From an uncultured Gemmatimonadaceae bacterium (GTDB taxonomy: Bacteria > Gemmatimonadota > Gemmatimonadetes > Gemmatimonadales > Gemmatimonadaceae), in the NCBI GenBank assembly GCA_963829055.1, contig CAWHHI010000005.1, forward strand, positions 307,970 to 371,969: a DNA stretch of 64,000 nt, read 5' to 3'. Shown in pieces: positions 53,474 to 64,000 of this stretch; positions within the stretch are counted from its first letter, which is position 1, and each line of letters opens with the position of its first letter. The notes under the pieces are model-generated. The model did no database searches. It was not told the origin of the DNA and saw only the letters and a list, made by a program, of their open reading frames with translations. Made by a program: the position numbers and the translations under genes.

Positions 53474-55682
53474 ATGTCGCCAAAGGCCCGGATCGTCCCC
53501 GTCGCGGTCCTCCTCCTCGCTGCCGGCATTGCTCAGGACGCCGCTGCGCAGGCCTCGTACAAGAGTGACCCGCCACGCCGCGCGTTCCTCTTCAAGGACG
53601 CCCGCGGGGAAATCGCCGCCGCGCGCGCGCGTGGCGACACCACCGTCACCCTCGTCGTGGCGTCGATGGCCGGCCAGAACGCCAAGGTCGCTGCCCTCGT
53701 CAAGAAGCTCGGTGGCACGATCCGTTACCGCGAAGACATGGTGGATTACCTTCGCGTCCACGTGCCGGTCGACAGCGTGGAGTCTCTCGTGCGGAGTCCG
53801 CTCGTGCACTCGAGCGACGTGTCGATCAGAGGCCGCTCGAGCCGCGCGTTAGGCCTCGCGGATGGCGCCGGTACGCCCGCAGCTCAACCGTCGTCGACGC
53901 TGCCCTTTGCGCCCGACACGGCGAAGCCCGCGTGGCCGCCGGTGCTCTCGGACGCGCCCCTCGTGGATCGGTACGACCCAGTGACCGACATGGGTGGCGC
54001 CGAGTGGCGCAAGGCGAACCCCACGTTCGACGGACGTGGCGTCACGATCGCGATCATCGACCAGAGCCTCGACGCGCTGCTGCCGGAGCTGCAGGTCGCG
54101 AAGACCCTCGCGGGCGCGTCGACGAGGAAGATCGTCGGCTATCGCACCGTCGTCGACTTGGACGAGGAGAATGACGGGCAGTGGTTCCGCATGAAGGACG
54201 TGGTGAGTACCACCGACGGCAAGATCTCCTGGGGCGGAAAGACCTACACTGCGCCTGCAGTCGGCACCTATCGCATCGACCAGCTCGACGAGGCCCTCTT
54301 CGATTCGCTCAACCGCGCCGGCATCGAGAAGGACGTGAATCGCGACGGCAACCTGCCGGGCTCGAGTCGTTTGTTCGGGATCCTCTGGAACGAAACCACG
54401 AACGACGTCTGGGTCGACACCGACCAGGACAACGATTTTAGCGACGAGAAGGCTTACACGGACTGGGCCACCCGTCCCGAGTTCGGCACGATCGGGAAAG
54501 ACAAGCCGGAGACACCGATTCGCGAGAGCGTCTCCTTTGCGATCCAGATCGACAAGGCGCGCAAGCTCGTCGCCCTCAACCTCGGCGTCGCGTCACACGC
54601 GTCGTTGGTAGTCGGCGCGGCGGTGGCCAGCCGTGGCACCGCCGGTCGCTTTGACGGCGTGGCGCCGGGCGCTCAGCTCGTGAACATGGCCGAAGGAGGT
54701 GCCGCCTACGGGCAGACCGAAGCGGTGATCGAAGCGGCGAAGATTCCGCAGGTCGACGTGATCTTCACCGAGCAGAGCTCCGTCATCGCGCGGAACTACC
54801 TGCTGTTCGACGGCCGGCTCGTGCCGACTGTCATCTACGGTCGAGTGATCGAGAAGTACGGCAAGTCGATCATCCTGCCGACGCACAACTACGCGGTGCT
54901 GGCGGCGATCGACGACTACGCCCTCGCACCGGGCGCCATTTCCATCGGTGCCCACGAGAGCAAGGCGAATTTCTTTGCAAACCACGGCGTGCGGGTGCAG
55001 TACGACGACAACCTGCTCATCACCGGCGGCTACGGCCCGATGGGCAATGGCGCGCTCAAGCCCGACATCATCGCGCCATCCAACTACGTGAGCACGGGCC
55101 GCGGCTTCCTCGAGGGCACTGCGATTCCCGGCCTGATGCAGCTGCCTCCGGGCTACAACATCGCCGGTGGGACTTCGACCGCGACGCCGACCACGGCGGG
55201 TGCCGTCGCACTCCTCATCAGCGCCGCACGCCAGTCGAACGTGAAGTTCGACCCGTACCGCCTGCGGCAGGCGATCATGACCTCGGGTCGCTGGGTCTCG
55301 CACATCGCGGCGAACAAGCAGGGGAACGGCGTGGTGAACATCGCCGCGGCCTTCGAGGCGCTGAAGGCGATGGACACGGTGAAGACGCCGATCACGATCG
55401 TGAGCCGAGCGCCCGTGAAGCATGCAATGGCGCACCTCCTCGCGACGCCTAACGAAGGCGTCGGCATCTTCGAGCGCGAGGGGTGGGCCGCTGGCGACCG
55501 CGGCGACCGGACGGTGACGTTCACGCGCACGACGGGTCCCAAAGGCGCCCTGCCCTTCACGGTCGGCTGGAATGGCAACGACGGGACGTTCACGTCGGCC
55601 ACCGCGGTGAGCCTCCCGTTAGGCAGACCCGTACCGGTCACGGTCGGCGTCGCGCCGACGACCGCTGGTGTACACACGGCGA
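53474..55682 (+). CDS. Secreted S8 serine protease, C-terminally truncated at the junction
   Basis: DGRGVTIAIID, SHASLV, GVAPGA, LKPDIIAP, GGTSTATP, QGNG. After VHTA the sequence switches to an unrelated gene. Confidence 0.85.
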
Positions 55683-56720
55683 CGCCGAGCGGGTGGTCGT
55701 CGAGTGGATGTGCGAGAAGGTGGGCTGGCCGGCCGACGCGGGCGGCGTGCTGACGCACGGCGGGTCGCTCGCGACCCTGACCGTCCTGCTCGCCGCGCGA
55801 GCGGTGGCCGCGCCCGACGCCTGGGTCGACGGCGTGGACGGTACGCTCGCGGTGCTCGCCCCGCCGGGCAGCCACTACTCGGTCAAGCGGAGCGTGGCGA
55901 TGCTCGGCCTCGGCGAGCGCGCGATGGTGGAGCTCGAGGTCGACGAGTACGAGCGCATCCGGCCGGACCGGCTCGGCGACGCGCTGGAGCGGTGCGAGGC
56001 CGCGGGGCTGCGGCCGATGGCGCTGGTGGCTGCCGCGTGCGCCACGAGCACGGGGCTCCACGACGACCTCGAGTCGATCGGCGCCTTTTGCCGGGAGCAC
56101 GGGATCTGGTTCCACGTGGACGCGGCGCACGGCGCGAGCGCGCTGCTGTCGCCGGCGCACCGCCACCTGCTGAACGGAATAGAGCCTCGGCGACTCGGTG
56201 ATCTGGGACGCCCACAAGATGATGCGGACGCCCGCGCCTCGCCGCCGCGGTCCTCCTTCGCGAGGAGCGCCTGCTCGAAGCCGCGTTCCGCCAGAAGGCC
56301 GCATACCTGATCTACGAGGGGTCGGATGAGGAGTCCACCAGCCTGCTCGAGCGTCAGGTGGAGTGCACGAAGGCGGCGATAGGCATGCGGATCTTCATGA
56401 ACCTGGCGTTCCGCGGTGAGGACGGGATCGGTGCCTACGTCGCCGACCGCTACGACCTAACGGCGCGCTTCCACGAGCTGATCGAGGCGCGGCCGGGCTT
56501 CGAGACGCTGTGCCCGCCCGAGTCGAACATCCTCTGCTTCCGCTACGGGCGCGACGGCGACGAGCAGGTGCGGCTGCGTGAGCGGCTGCTGGATGAGCGG
56601 CGCTTCCACCTCAGCTCGACCGAGGTGAACGGCGAGCGCTGGCTCAGGATGACGGTGACCGCCCCGGCCACGACCGAGGAGACCATCGAGGAGCTGCTGG
56701 CCGCGATCGAGGGCCTCTAG
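55683..56720 (+). pseudogene. Group II PLP-dependent decarboxylase, N-terminus missing, frameshifted
   Basis: ERVVVEWM..GVLTHGGS, HYSVKRS, FHVDAAHG, WDAHK (PLP Lys, shifted frame), NILCFR, WLRMT. Confidence 0.82.
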
Positions 56721-57535
56721 CGGGCGCGCAGCGCTTCGGCGACCATCCGGCGGGCCGCGACGAGCGGCCCGCGCTCCAGCCGCGAGGGCGTGTCGCAGCG
56801 CATGTGGCGGCAGGGCTCGCCGCCGGCGCCCACGCCCAGCTTCGCCGCGGGCAGGCCGAGCAGCTGGAACTCGCGGTGGTCGGAGTTGCCGGTGCTCTCG
56901 TCGCGCACCCAGCTCACCTGGGTGCCCACACGCTCGGCGGCGTCGAGCAGGAAGCCTTCGACCTTGGGGCGCGCCACGCTCGCCGGGGAGCGGAGCCAGA
57001 ACGGGTAGTCGCGGCCGACCTCGTCGAGCGACAGCGCAAGGTGCAGCCGCCTGCGCGCGTGATGGGCGCGGGCGCGGCGAGCGAGCTGAAGCGCTCCGAG
57101 GTGGTCCGGCGAGCCCGTGTAGCCGCGCTCCTCGGCCCCGGTGGCCACGAGCCAGACGTCGCACCACGGCTTGATCAGCTGCAGCCGGCCGGCGAGCTCC
57201 GCGACCACACCCAGCCCGGACGCGTTGTCGTTGGCGCCGGGAGCCGGCGGCAGCGAGTCCGAGTGCGCCATCACGATCCGAAGGCAGCTGCGCGGCGTGT
57301 CGTATACCCCGATTACGTTGCGCGAGCGGCCCTTCCGCGGCACGCGGAACTCCTGGACGCCCACGCGGAGCCCGGCTTCGCGGAACGACCGCCGGATCAG
57401 CCGCTGGACCTTCGCCTCGCGCGCGCTCGCGGCCGGCCGCGGACCCCACGTAGCGATCTTCGTCGCGATCCCGTAGGCGTCGGCGGGAACAGGAGCCGCG
57501 GCGACCGCGGCGATGGCGAGAGCGGTGGCGATCAA
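56717..57535 (-). CDS. M28 family peptidase
   Basis: [29 protein letters not shown]. Confidence 0.85.
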   Translation of the reverse strand: MIATALAIAAVAAAPVPADAYGIATKIATWGPRPAASAREAKVQRLIRRSFREAGLRVGVQEFRVPRKGRSRNVIGVYDTPRSCLRIVMAHSDSLPPAPGANDNASGLGVVAELAGRLQLIKPWCDVWLVATGAEERGYTGSPDHLGALQLARRARAHHARRRLHLALSLDEVGRDYPFWLRSPASVARPKVEGFLLDAAERVGTQVSWVRDESTGNSDHREFQLLGLPAAKLGVGAGGEPCRHMRCDTPSRLERGPLVAARRMVAEALRAR

Positions 57536-59509
57536 GTCAGGAGGGCTTCGAGCTCGTCCGGCTCGGTGACGGGCGCCCGGCAGGCGAACTGCTGGCAGAC
57601 GTAGGCGGTGGCCCGGCCGTCCACGGGATCGCGGCCCTCGAGCAGCGGCACGCCGTCGCCGGCTCGCCGCCCGCCAGGACGAGGTGGGGCCGGAATCCGG
57701 CGCGCACCACTCGCTCGAGCGGGCCGAGCTCGTCGCCCACGAGCGCGACCTCCTTCACCTGCGCGAGGCGGAAGTCGAGCGCCTGGAGCAGGTGGCCGAA
57801 CGCCTGCGGGTGCTCGGGCGGCGAGCCTCGTGCAGGAGCCGCAGCACCGACTCGGCGCGCTCGCGCGTAGTCGTGCTCGCCCGTGAGCGCGGCGAGCCGC
57901 AGCAGCCCATACGCGGCGCTCGAGTTGCCCGACGGGATCGGGTGGTCCTCGAGGTCCTTGCGGCGCGCGACGAGCTGCTCGTGGTCGGTCGAGGTCTCGA
58001 AGAAGCCGCCGTTCTCGTCGTCGGCGAAGCGATCGATCATCGTGTCGGCGAGCGCGCGTGCCTCGGCGAACCAGCGCGGCTCGAAGGTGGCCTCGTAGAG
58101 CGACGATCAGCGCCTCGAGCAGGAACGCGTGGTCCTCGAGGTAGGCGTTCAGCTTCGCCTGGCCGTCCTTCCAGGTGCGCAGCAGACGGCCGTCCGGGCC
58201 GCGCAGCTCGCTCAGGACGAAGTCGGCGCGCTGGCGCGCGCGGCGTCGAGGTAGTCCTCGCGCTCGAGCGCGGCGCCGGCGTCCGCGAGCGCGGCGATCA
58301 TCAGCGCGTTCCAGGAGGTCGAGCCGCTTGTCGTCGAGGCCCGGGCCAGACCCGCTTCGAGCGCACCTCGTAGAGCCGCTCCCGCCAGACGCCGCGCCGC
58401 TCCGGGTCGCCGGGCGCCGCGGACCGGGATGTTCCTGCCCTCGAAGTTGCCGCGGTCGGTGGCGCCGAACCAGCGCGATCGCCTCGTCGGCATCCGGCTC
58501 GCCGGCGAGCGCGTCGCGCAGCTCGTCGACGGTCCAGACGTAGAACTGCCCCTCCTCGCCCTCCGAGTCGGCGTCGAGCGCGGAGTAGAAGCCGCCCTCC
58601 GGCCCGCGCATCTCGCGGAGCGCCCAGTCGAGCGTCTCCTCGCAGACGCTGCGGAACAGCGGCTCGCCGGTGACCTGCCAGCCGTGCAGGTAGGCGCGCG
58701 CGAGGAGCGCGTTGTCGTAGAGCATCTTCTCGAAGTGGGGGACCAGCCAGTACGGCGTCGACCGAGTAGCGCGCGAAGCCGCCGCCCACCTGGTCGTACA
58801 TGCCGCCCGAGGCCATGGCCGCGCAGCGTGTGGCGCGGTCATGTCGGCTCTCGCCGCGGCGCGAGCAGGAACTCGAGCGCGGAGGCCGGCGGGAACTTCG
58901 GCGCGCGGCCGAAGCCTCCGTTCGCGCGGTCGTAGTTGCGTCCTCAGGGTGTCCACGGCCGCGTCGAGGCCGCCCGCGTCGAGGTCCGTCTCGACGGCCG
59001 GAGGAGCGCCCCGCCGCGCGAGGCGCTCGGCGATGCGGGAGCCCCCTCGCGGATCTCGTCGCGGCGCTCGTCCCAGGCGGTCGGCCACCGCCTCGAGCAC
59101 CGAGCGCCAGCTCGGCATGCCCATGCGCGAGTCGGGCGGGAAGTACGTGCCGGCGAAGAACGGCACCTGCTCCGGGGTCGAGGAAGACGTTGAGCGGCCA
59201 GCCGCCCTGCCCGGTCATCGCCTGGCAGGCCTCCATGTAGATGGAGTCGAGGTCGGGCCGCTCCTCGCGGTCGAGCTTGATGGAGACGAAGCGCTCGTTC
59301 ATCAGCGCCGCGGTCTCGGGGTCCTCGAACGACTCCCGCTCCATGACGTGGCACCAGTGGCAGGCGGAATAGCCGATCGAGAGCAGGATCGGCCGCTCCT
59401 CGTCGCGCGCGCGCGCGAGCGCGTCCTCGCCCCACGGGTACCAGTCCACGGGGTTGTCCTTGTGCTGGAGGAGGTACGGCGAGGTCTCGTCAGCCAGCCG
59501 GTTGGCCAT
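57532..59509 (-). CDS. yyaL: Thioredoxin-domain / SSP411-like protein YyaL (many frameshifts)
   Basis: [65 protein letters not shown]. Confidence 0.9.
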
Positions 59510-59518
59510 TCCCGGAGG

Positions 59519-60950
59519 CTACCCGGGCGCGCTCGGCTGACGGCGCAGCTCGGCTCGCTTGATCTTCCCGGTCGGCGTTCGGCAGCTCGGCCGCGAAGTC
59601 CACGATGCGCGGGTACTTGTAGGGCGCGGTCTCCGCCTTCACGTGTTCCTGGAGCTCGGCGGCGAGCGCGGGGCCGGGGGAGTGGCCGTCGCGCAGGACG
59701 ACCACGGCGCGCACCACCTGGCCGCGCACCTCGTCGGGCGCGGCGACCGCGGCCGCCTCCGCCACCGCCGGGTGCGACACCAGGGCGGACTCCACCTCGA
59801 ACGGGCCGATGCGGTAGCCGGCGGAGATGATCACGTCGTCCGTCCGGCCCTCGAACCAGAGGTAGCCGTCCTCGTCCTCGCTGACCCGGTCGCCGGTGCG
59901 CCAGGGGCGCTCGCGCGGTCCGTCGATGAAGAAGGTGGGCACCGACTCGGGGTCCACGACCAGCTCGCCTGCGTCGATCCGGGCGCGGAAGCCGGGCAGG
60001 GGCCTGCCCATCGAGCCGGGCCGCACCGGCGGGCCGATCGGCATCCCGGTCAGATGGCCGGTCTCCGTCTGGCCGTAGCCGTCGTGCACCGCCACGCCGG
60101 CGCCCTCCTGCCACGCGCGCACCACCTCGGGGTTGAGCGGCTCGCCGGCGGCGCAGGCGTGCCGCAGCCCGGAGGGCGGGCGGAGCTCGCAGCCCTTCGC
60201 GATGGCCCGGTACTCGGTGGGGGACATGCACAGCACGTTCACCCGCTCGCTGTCGAGCACGGCCAGTCGCTCCTCCGGGTCGAAGCGAGCGTCGTGCAGG
60301 AGCGCCGCCGCGCCGCGAAGCCACGCCGCGACGAAGGCGTTCCGCGCGGACAGCGACCAGCCGCTCGCGGCCGTGCACCAGCACAGCTCGCCAGACCGCG
60401 CGCCGTACCAGTGCTCGGCCTGCACGCTCTGCCCGCGCAGGTAGCGGTGGCCGTGCCGGATCGGCTTCGGCTCGCCGGCGGTCCCCGACGTGAACACGAT
60501 CAGCGCCGGGTGGTCGTCCGCGAGCTGCGCGGCCGCGACGGGGTCATGCTCGTAGAGCCGCTCGTCCGGCACGGCGAGCACAGGCCCGTCGTAGCCGGTC
60601 GCGGCCACCAGGTCGAGGTCGCGCTCGTCGGCCACCACGGCCGCAGGCCCGACGCTCTCCATGCGCGCGCGCAGGTCGGCCGGCCGCAGCTGCTCCGAGC
60701 AGGGTTGCGCCACCGCGCCGAGGCGCCAGCAGGCGAGCATCGCGTACGCCCACTCGGGCCGGTTGCCGACCACGGTCATCACGACGTCGCCGGCGCGGAC
60801 CCCGCGTGCAGCCAGCGCGCCGGCCACGCGCGCGGAGCGGTCGGCCACCTCCCCGAACGTCAGCTCGCGCCGCTCGCCGTCGCGGGCGACGGCCACGAGG
60901 GCGAGCCGCGACGGGTCCGCCGCGTCGACGAGCTCGCCGACGAAGCTCAT
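59519..60950 (-). CDS. AMP-binding acyl-CoA synthetase (medium-chain/acetate-like), frameshift ~59575
   Basis: FTSGTAGEPK, AGEPL, GYGQTE, TGD, GRTDDVI.SAGYRIGPFEVES; terminal GKIKR in the shifted frame. Confidence 0.9.
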
Positions 60951-61588
60951 TCAGACGGCGACCAGCGCTCGCCGCGGCTGAGGCGCTCCAGCCCGAGCCA
61001 GGCGAAGTCCATCGCGCGATGCAGGAGCTCGGACGCGAATACGTCCGGGTGATCGGTCCACCAGTTGGCCATCGCCTGCGCTCCGCCCACGAGCATCTCG
61101 GCGAGGAGCCGCAGCGAGCGGTCGTCCGCCATGCCGCCGAGCTGGCGGGCGGCCGGGGTCCTGCGCGATCAGCACGGTCACCTCCGCGGTCACCTGCTCG
61201 ACCATCCGGTCGAGCACCGCGGCGGTCTCCGGGTCGGAGGGGTCGCGGAACAGCATGCGCCAGGCGTCGCGCCGCTCCTCCACGAACGCGAAGAACGCCT
61301 CGAGGCCCGTGGCGAGCCTGTCGGCGGTCGCCTCCACCTCCAGACCGGACAGGGCACCGCCACGCGCTGCGTCAGATCGCGCGCGTTCCGGGCGATCAAT
61401 TCGGCGTACAGCTCCTGCTTCGAGGCGAAGTGCTCGTAGATCAGCGCCTTCGAGACGCCGGCCTCGCCGGCGATCTCGTCGATTGACGATTCGTGGTAAC
61501 CGCGCCGGGAGAAGACGGCGAGCGCGGCGTCGAGGATCCCGGTCCTCCGTTCCTCGGCTGTGAGGCGGCGTTTGGGAGTTGTCGACAT
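60947..61588 (-). CDS. TetR/AcrR family regulator (frameshifted)
   Basis: ERRTGILDAALAVFSRRGYHESSIDEIAGEAGVSKALIYEHFASKQEL. Confidence 0.9.
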
Positions 61589-61605
61589 GGGCTAAAAGCG
61601 CTCTG

Positions 61606-61623
61606 TGACTGATGCCACAGTCA
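61606..61623. promoter_or_regulatory. Putative TetR operator TGACTG-N6-CAGTCA
   Basis: Inverted repeat between divergent tetR and the membrane-protein gene; an extra TGACTG half-site at 61625. Confidence 0.6.
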
Positions 61624-61707
61624 ATGACTGACCGTTCGTTAGGTTTTCCCCGGCGAACTGGGCAAACCAGTCTCGTGGGCGGGATCGACTCGAGAGGAGC
61701 TAAGCAC

Positions 61708-63627
61708 ATGCGTGGCGGGATCATCGGGGCTGCAACTGGCGTATTCGGGATGCTCGTCGCGGCCGGACCCGCCTTGGCGCAGGCGCAGGCCAACGGCACG
61801 CAGCCGGCCGGCGGCGCGGCGCTCGGCGAGGCGCTCGGCGCCACCGCCGGCGCCATGGTCGCGACTGCGCTCGTGGTGCTGCTCATCTCGAGGCACCGCG
61901 CCGGGGCGCACGGACATCCTGAATCGCTTCGGGCGCTGGGCCGAGAAGCAGACCGGGCTGCCCGCCTGGGCGTCCGTGCCCTCGATGCTCGTGGGGCATC
62001 TCGCTGCTCGTGGCCGTGCTCGGGATGTACTGGGACATCTCCCTGCACATCGACAACGGCCGCGACCCCGGTCCGCTCGCCAACCCCTGCGCACTACCTG
62101 ATCCTGGTCGGCCTCTACGGCGTGCTTGTCGCGGGCGTGATGTCGATCGGTGCTGTCCGGCACCGAGCGCCCGGTCAAGACCGCCGTGCACCTCGGCGGC
62201 GACTGGTGGGCCCCGATCGGCGGTCTCGTCATGACCGCATGCGGAGGCTTCGCGCTGGCCGGCTTCCCGCTGGACGACATCTGGCACCGGCTGTTCGGCC
62301 AGGACGTGACCCTCTGGGGCCCGACCCACCTGAGCTGACTCGGCGGCGGCGTCGCTCGCGACCCTCGGCGGCATGATGCTGATGGGCGAGGCGATCACGC
62401 CTGGGCTCGACCCCGAGCGCGATAAGGCCACCTGGCTCTACGAGATGCGCCGCGTGCTGCTCATGGGGAGCCTCCTCGTCGCGCTCTCCACCTTCCAGGC
62501 CGAGTTCGACTTCGGCGTGCCGCAGTTCCCGGTACGTCTACCAGCCGATCCTGGTCATGCTCGCCGCCGGCATCGGTCTGGTGGCCTGCCGCCTGTACGT
62601 GGGCCGCTTCGGCGCGATCATGGCCGTGCTCGGCTACATCGCCATCCGCGGCTTCCTCACGCTCATGGTCGGCGGGTTCTGGGGCGAGGTCACGCCTCAC
62701 TTCCCGCTCTACATCGTGGAGGCGCTGATCGTGGAGGCGGTGTTCACGCGGGCGGCCGGCCGCAGCCCGGTCGTGAACGGCGCGATCGCGGGCCTCGGCA
62801 TCGGCACGATCGGCCTCGCGGCCGAATGGCTGTGGAGCCACATCTGGATGCCGATCCCGTGGAACGAGTCGTTGCTGCCGGAGGCGGCGATCGCGGGCAT
62901 CATCACCGCTGTATGCGCCGGCATGGTCGGCGGGTTCATCGGCGCCTCGCTGGTCGGCAAGAGCGGCGCCCTGATCAGCCGCGAGGACGGCAGGCGGCTC
63001 GAATCGTGGGACCGTCGCGGCGCGCTCCTCGCGGGGATCACTCTGATGGCCGTGATCGGCTGGGCGCTGCCGCTGACGACGACCGGCCCCGACCACGCCC
63101 AGGTGGCGCTGAAGGACATCGACTCCGGTTCGAAGCGCACGGTGCAGGCGACGGTCAAGCTCGACCCGCGCGACTCGGCGACGAATCCGGACTTCATCAA
63201 CGTGACCGCCTGGCAGGGCGGCGAGCCGCGTGTCCTCGACCCGCTCGAGAAGGTGAGCGAGGGCGTCTACCGGACCACCAAGCCAATCCCGGTTTACGGC
63301 GGCTGGAAGGCGACGTTCCGGATCCAGCAGGGCAACTCGCTGATCTCAATGCCGATCTTCATGCCGAAGGATCAGGCGATCCCGGCGCCCGAGGTGCCGG
63401 CGAAGGCGAGCTTCACACGCGGCTTCCTGAAGGACAAGAAGGTGCTGCAGCGCGAGCAGAAGAAGGGGGTGCCGGGCTTCCTCACGCTGGTCGCCTACCT
63501 CACGGTCCTCGCGATCGCGCTCGCGATGATCGCGATGATCGCGTGGGCGCTGCTCCGGCTGGACCGGGGCGAGGCGCGCTCGCCGCGGTCGAGCAGGACT
63601 GGGCGCAAGCGGGCCGAACTCGTGTGA
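61708..63627 (+). CDS. Multi-pass membrane protein of actinobacterial type (several frameshifts)
   Basis: RBS GAGGAG; GMYWDISLHIDNGRDPGPLANP, GFPLDDIWHRLFGQDVTLWGPTHL, STFQAEFDFGVPQF, AWQGG. Confidence 0.78.
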
Positions 63628-63681
63628 TACCGCATTAAAGAAGCGGCGACGGCCGCCGAAACATCTGATAGCTTCACCGCC

Positions 63682-63810
63682 ACGCCGAGTCCGCGGTAAC
63701 GCGGAACGGGGGAACCAAGGTGGCCTTGCCAGGCCATTGGGGCGAACCTTCCGTCCAGGAAGGCGCGCAAGCTCTTTCAGCGCGAGCCCGTCAGCTAACC
63801 CCGTAGGCGT
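63682..63810 (+). ncRNA. c-di-AMP riboswitch (ydaO-yuaA class)
   Basis: ACGCC..GAGTCC..GGAACGGGGGAACC...TTGGGGCGAA...CCCGTCAGCTAACCCCGTAGGCGT, with closing ACGCC/GGCGT pairing; directly before an RBS and ATG. Confidence 0.88.
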
Positions 63811-63820
63811 TCGAAAGAGA

Positions 63821-64000
63821 ATGCCTTCCACCTTTGTCAACAGGTTGCTTTTCGCCGTGCTGGCGCTCGCCTGCGCGCTCGTCGCCGTGCCGAGCGCGAT
63901 GGCGCAGACCTCGGCGTCGACCGGCGGTGGCGCCGCCTTCCAGCCGCCTCCGCCTCCGCCCGCCAAGGCGAAGCTGGTGAACGGCCGCCTGCTCGCCCCC
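63821..64000 (+). CDS. Secreted protein, partial (likely cell-wall hydrolase, NlpC/P60-like)
   Basis: MPSTFVNRLLFAVLALACALVAVPSAMAQ...PPPPPPAKAKLVNGRLLAP. Function is inferred from the riboswitch context only. Confidence 0.6.
   Translation, partial: MPSTFVNRLLFAVLALACALVAVPSAMAQTSASTGGGAAFQPPPPPPAKAKLVNGRLLAP

Larger units (their letters stand above)
379..55624. repeat. Dispersed octamer GCCTAACG/CGTTAGGC, at least 51 exact copies
   Basis: Manual count of 25 GCCTAACG and 26 CGTTAGGC; positions are listed in findings. Confidence 0.9.

Noticed and set aside
379..55624. Octamer as an integron attC cassette array
   Set aside because: Most copies are inside genes, RYYYAAC/GTTRRRY pairs do not form short hairpins after stop codons, and there is no intI in the window. 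Kept only as a speculative finding.
379..55624. TTAGGC as telomeric repeat or eukaryotic contamination
   Set aside because: Copies are single, dispersed and embedded in bacterial reading frames, never tandem.
53375..56310. Overlapping S8 and decarboxylase ORFs as a real fusion or programmed frameshift
   Set aside because: Both genes are truncated and composition changes at the join, so a chimera explains it better.
1..64000. CRISPR array, tRNA, rRNA, transposase or integrase
   Set aside because: No regularly spaced repeat-spacer array, RNA-gene signature or DDE/tyrosine recombinase motif was recognised by eye.

Overview
The window appears to join two unrelated genomic segments. Segment A (1 to ~55,680) has Gram-negative, Gemmatimonadota-like content. 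It carries two SusC/SusD loci flanked by peptidases and amidohydrolases rather than glycosidases. Between them lies a ~36 kb accessory patchwork: GH1, an Omp85-like/metallophosphoesterase pair, a glycoamylase, a TPR-CHAT/unknown/S8 operon, a chromate-related cluster, an ECF sigma-Ser/Thr kinase pair, cupredoxins and many gene fragments. Segment B (~55,683 to end) starts abruptly inside an S8 protease gene and looks actinobacterial (Thermoleophilia-like): PLP decarboxylase, M28 peptidase, YyaL, acyl-CoA synthetase, TetR, and a c-di-AMP riboswitch. Many genes carry single-base frameshifts typical of long-read assembly error. The strongest unexplained signal is the non-palindromic octamer GCCTAACG/CGTTAGGC. 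I counted at least 51 exact copies by eye in segment A against ~2 expected. They lie on both strands equally, sit inside genes through rare codons, and I found no exact copy in segment B. The best candidate novel gene system is the TPR-CHAT protease / unknown ~328-aa protein / prodomain-less subtilase operon. No tRNA, rRNA, CRISPR array, integrase or transposase was seen. Family and taxon calls come from motif recognition only, with no database searches.
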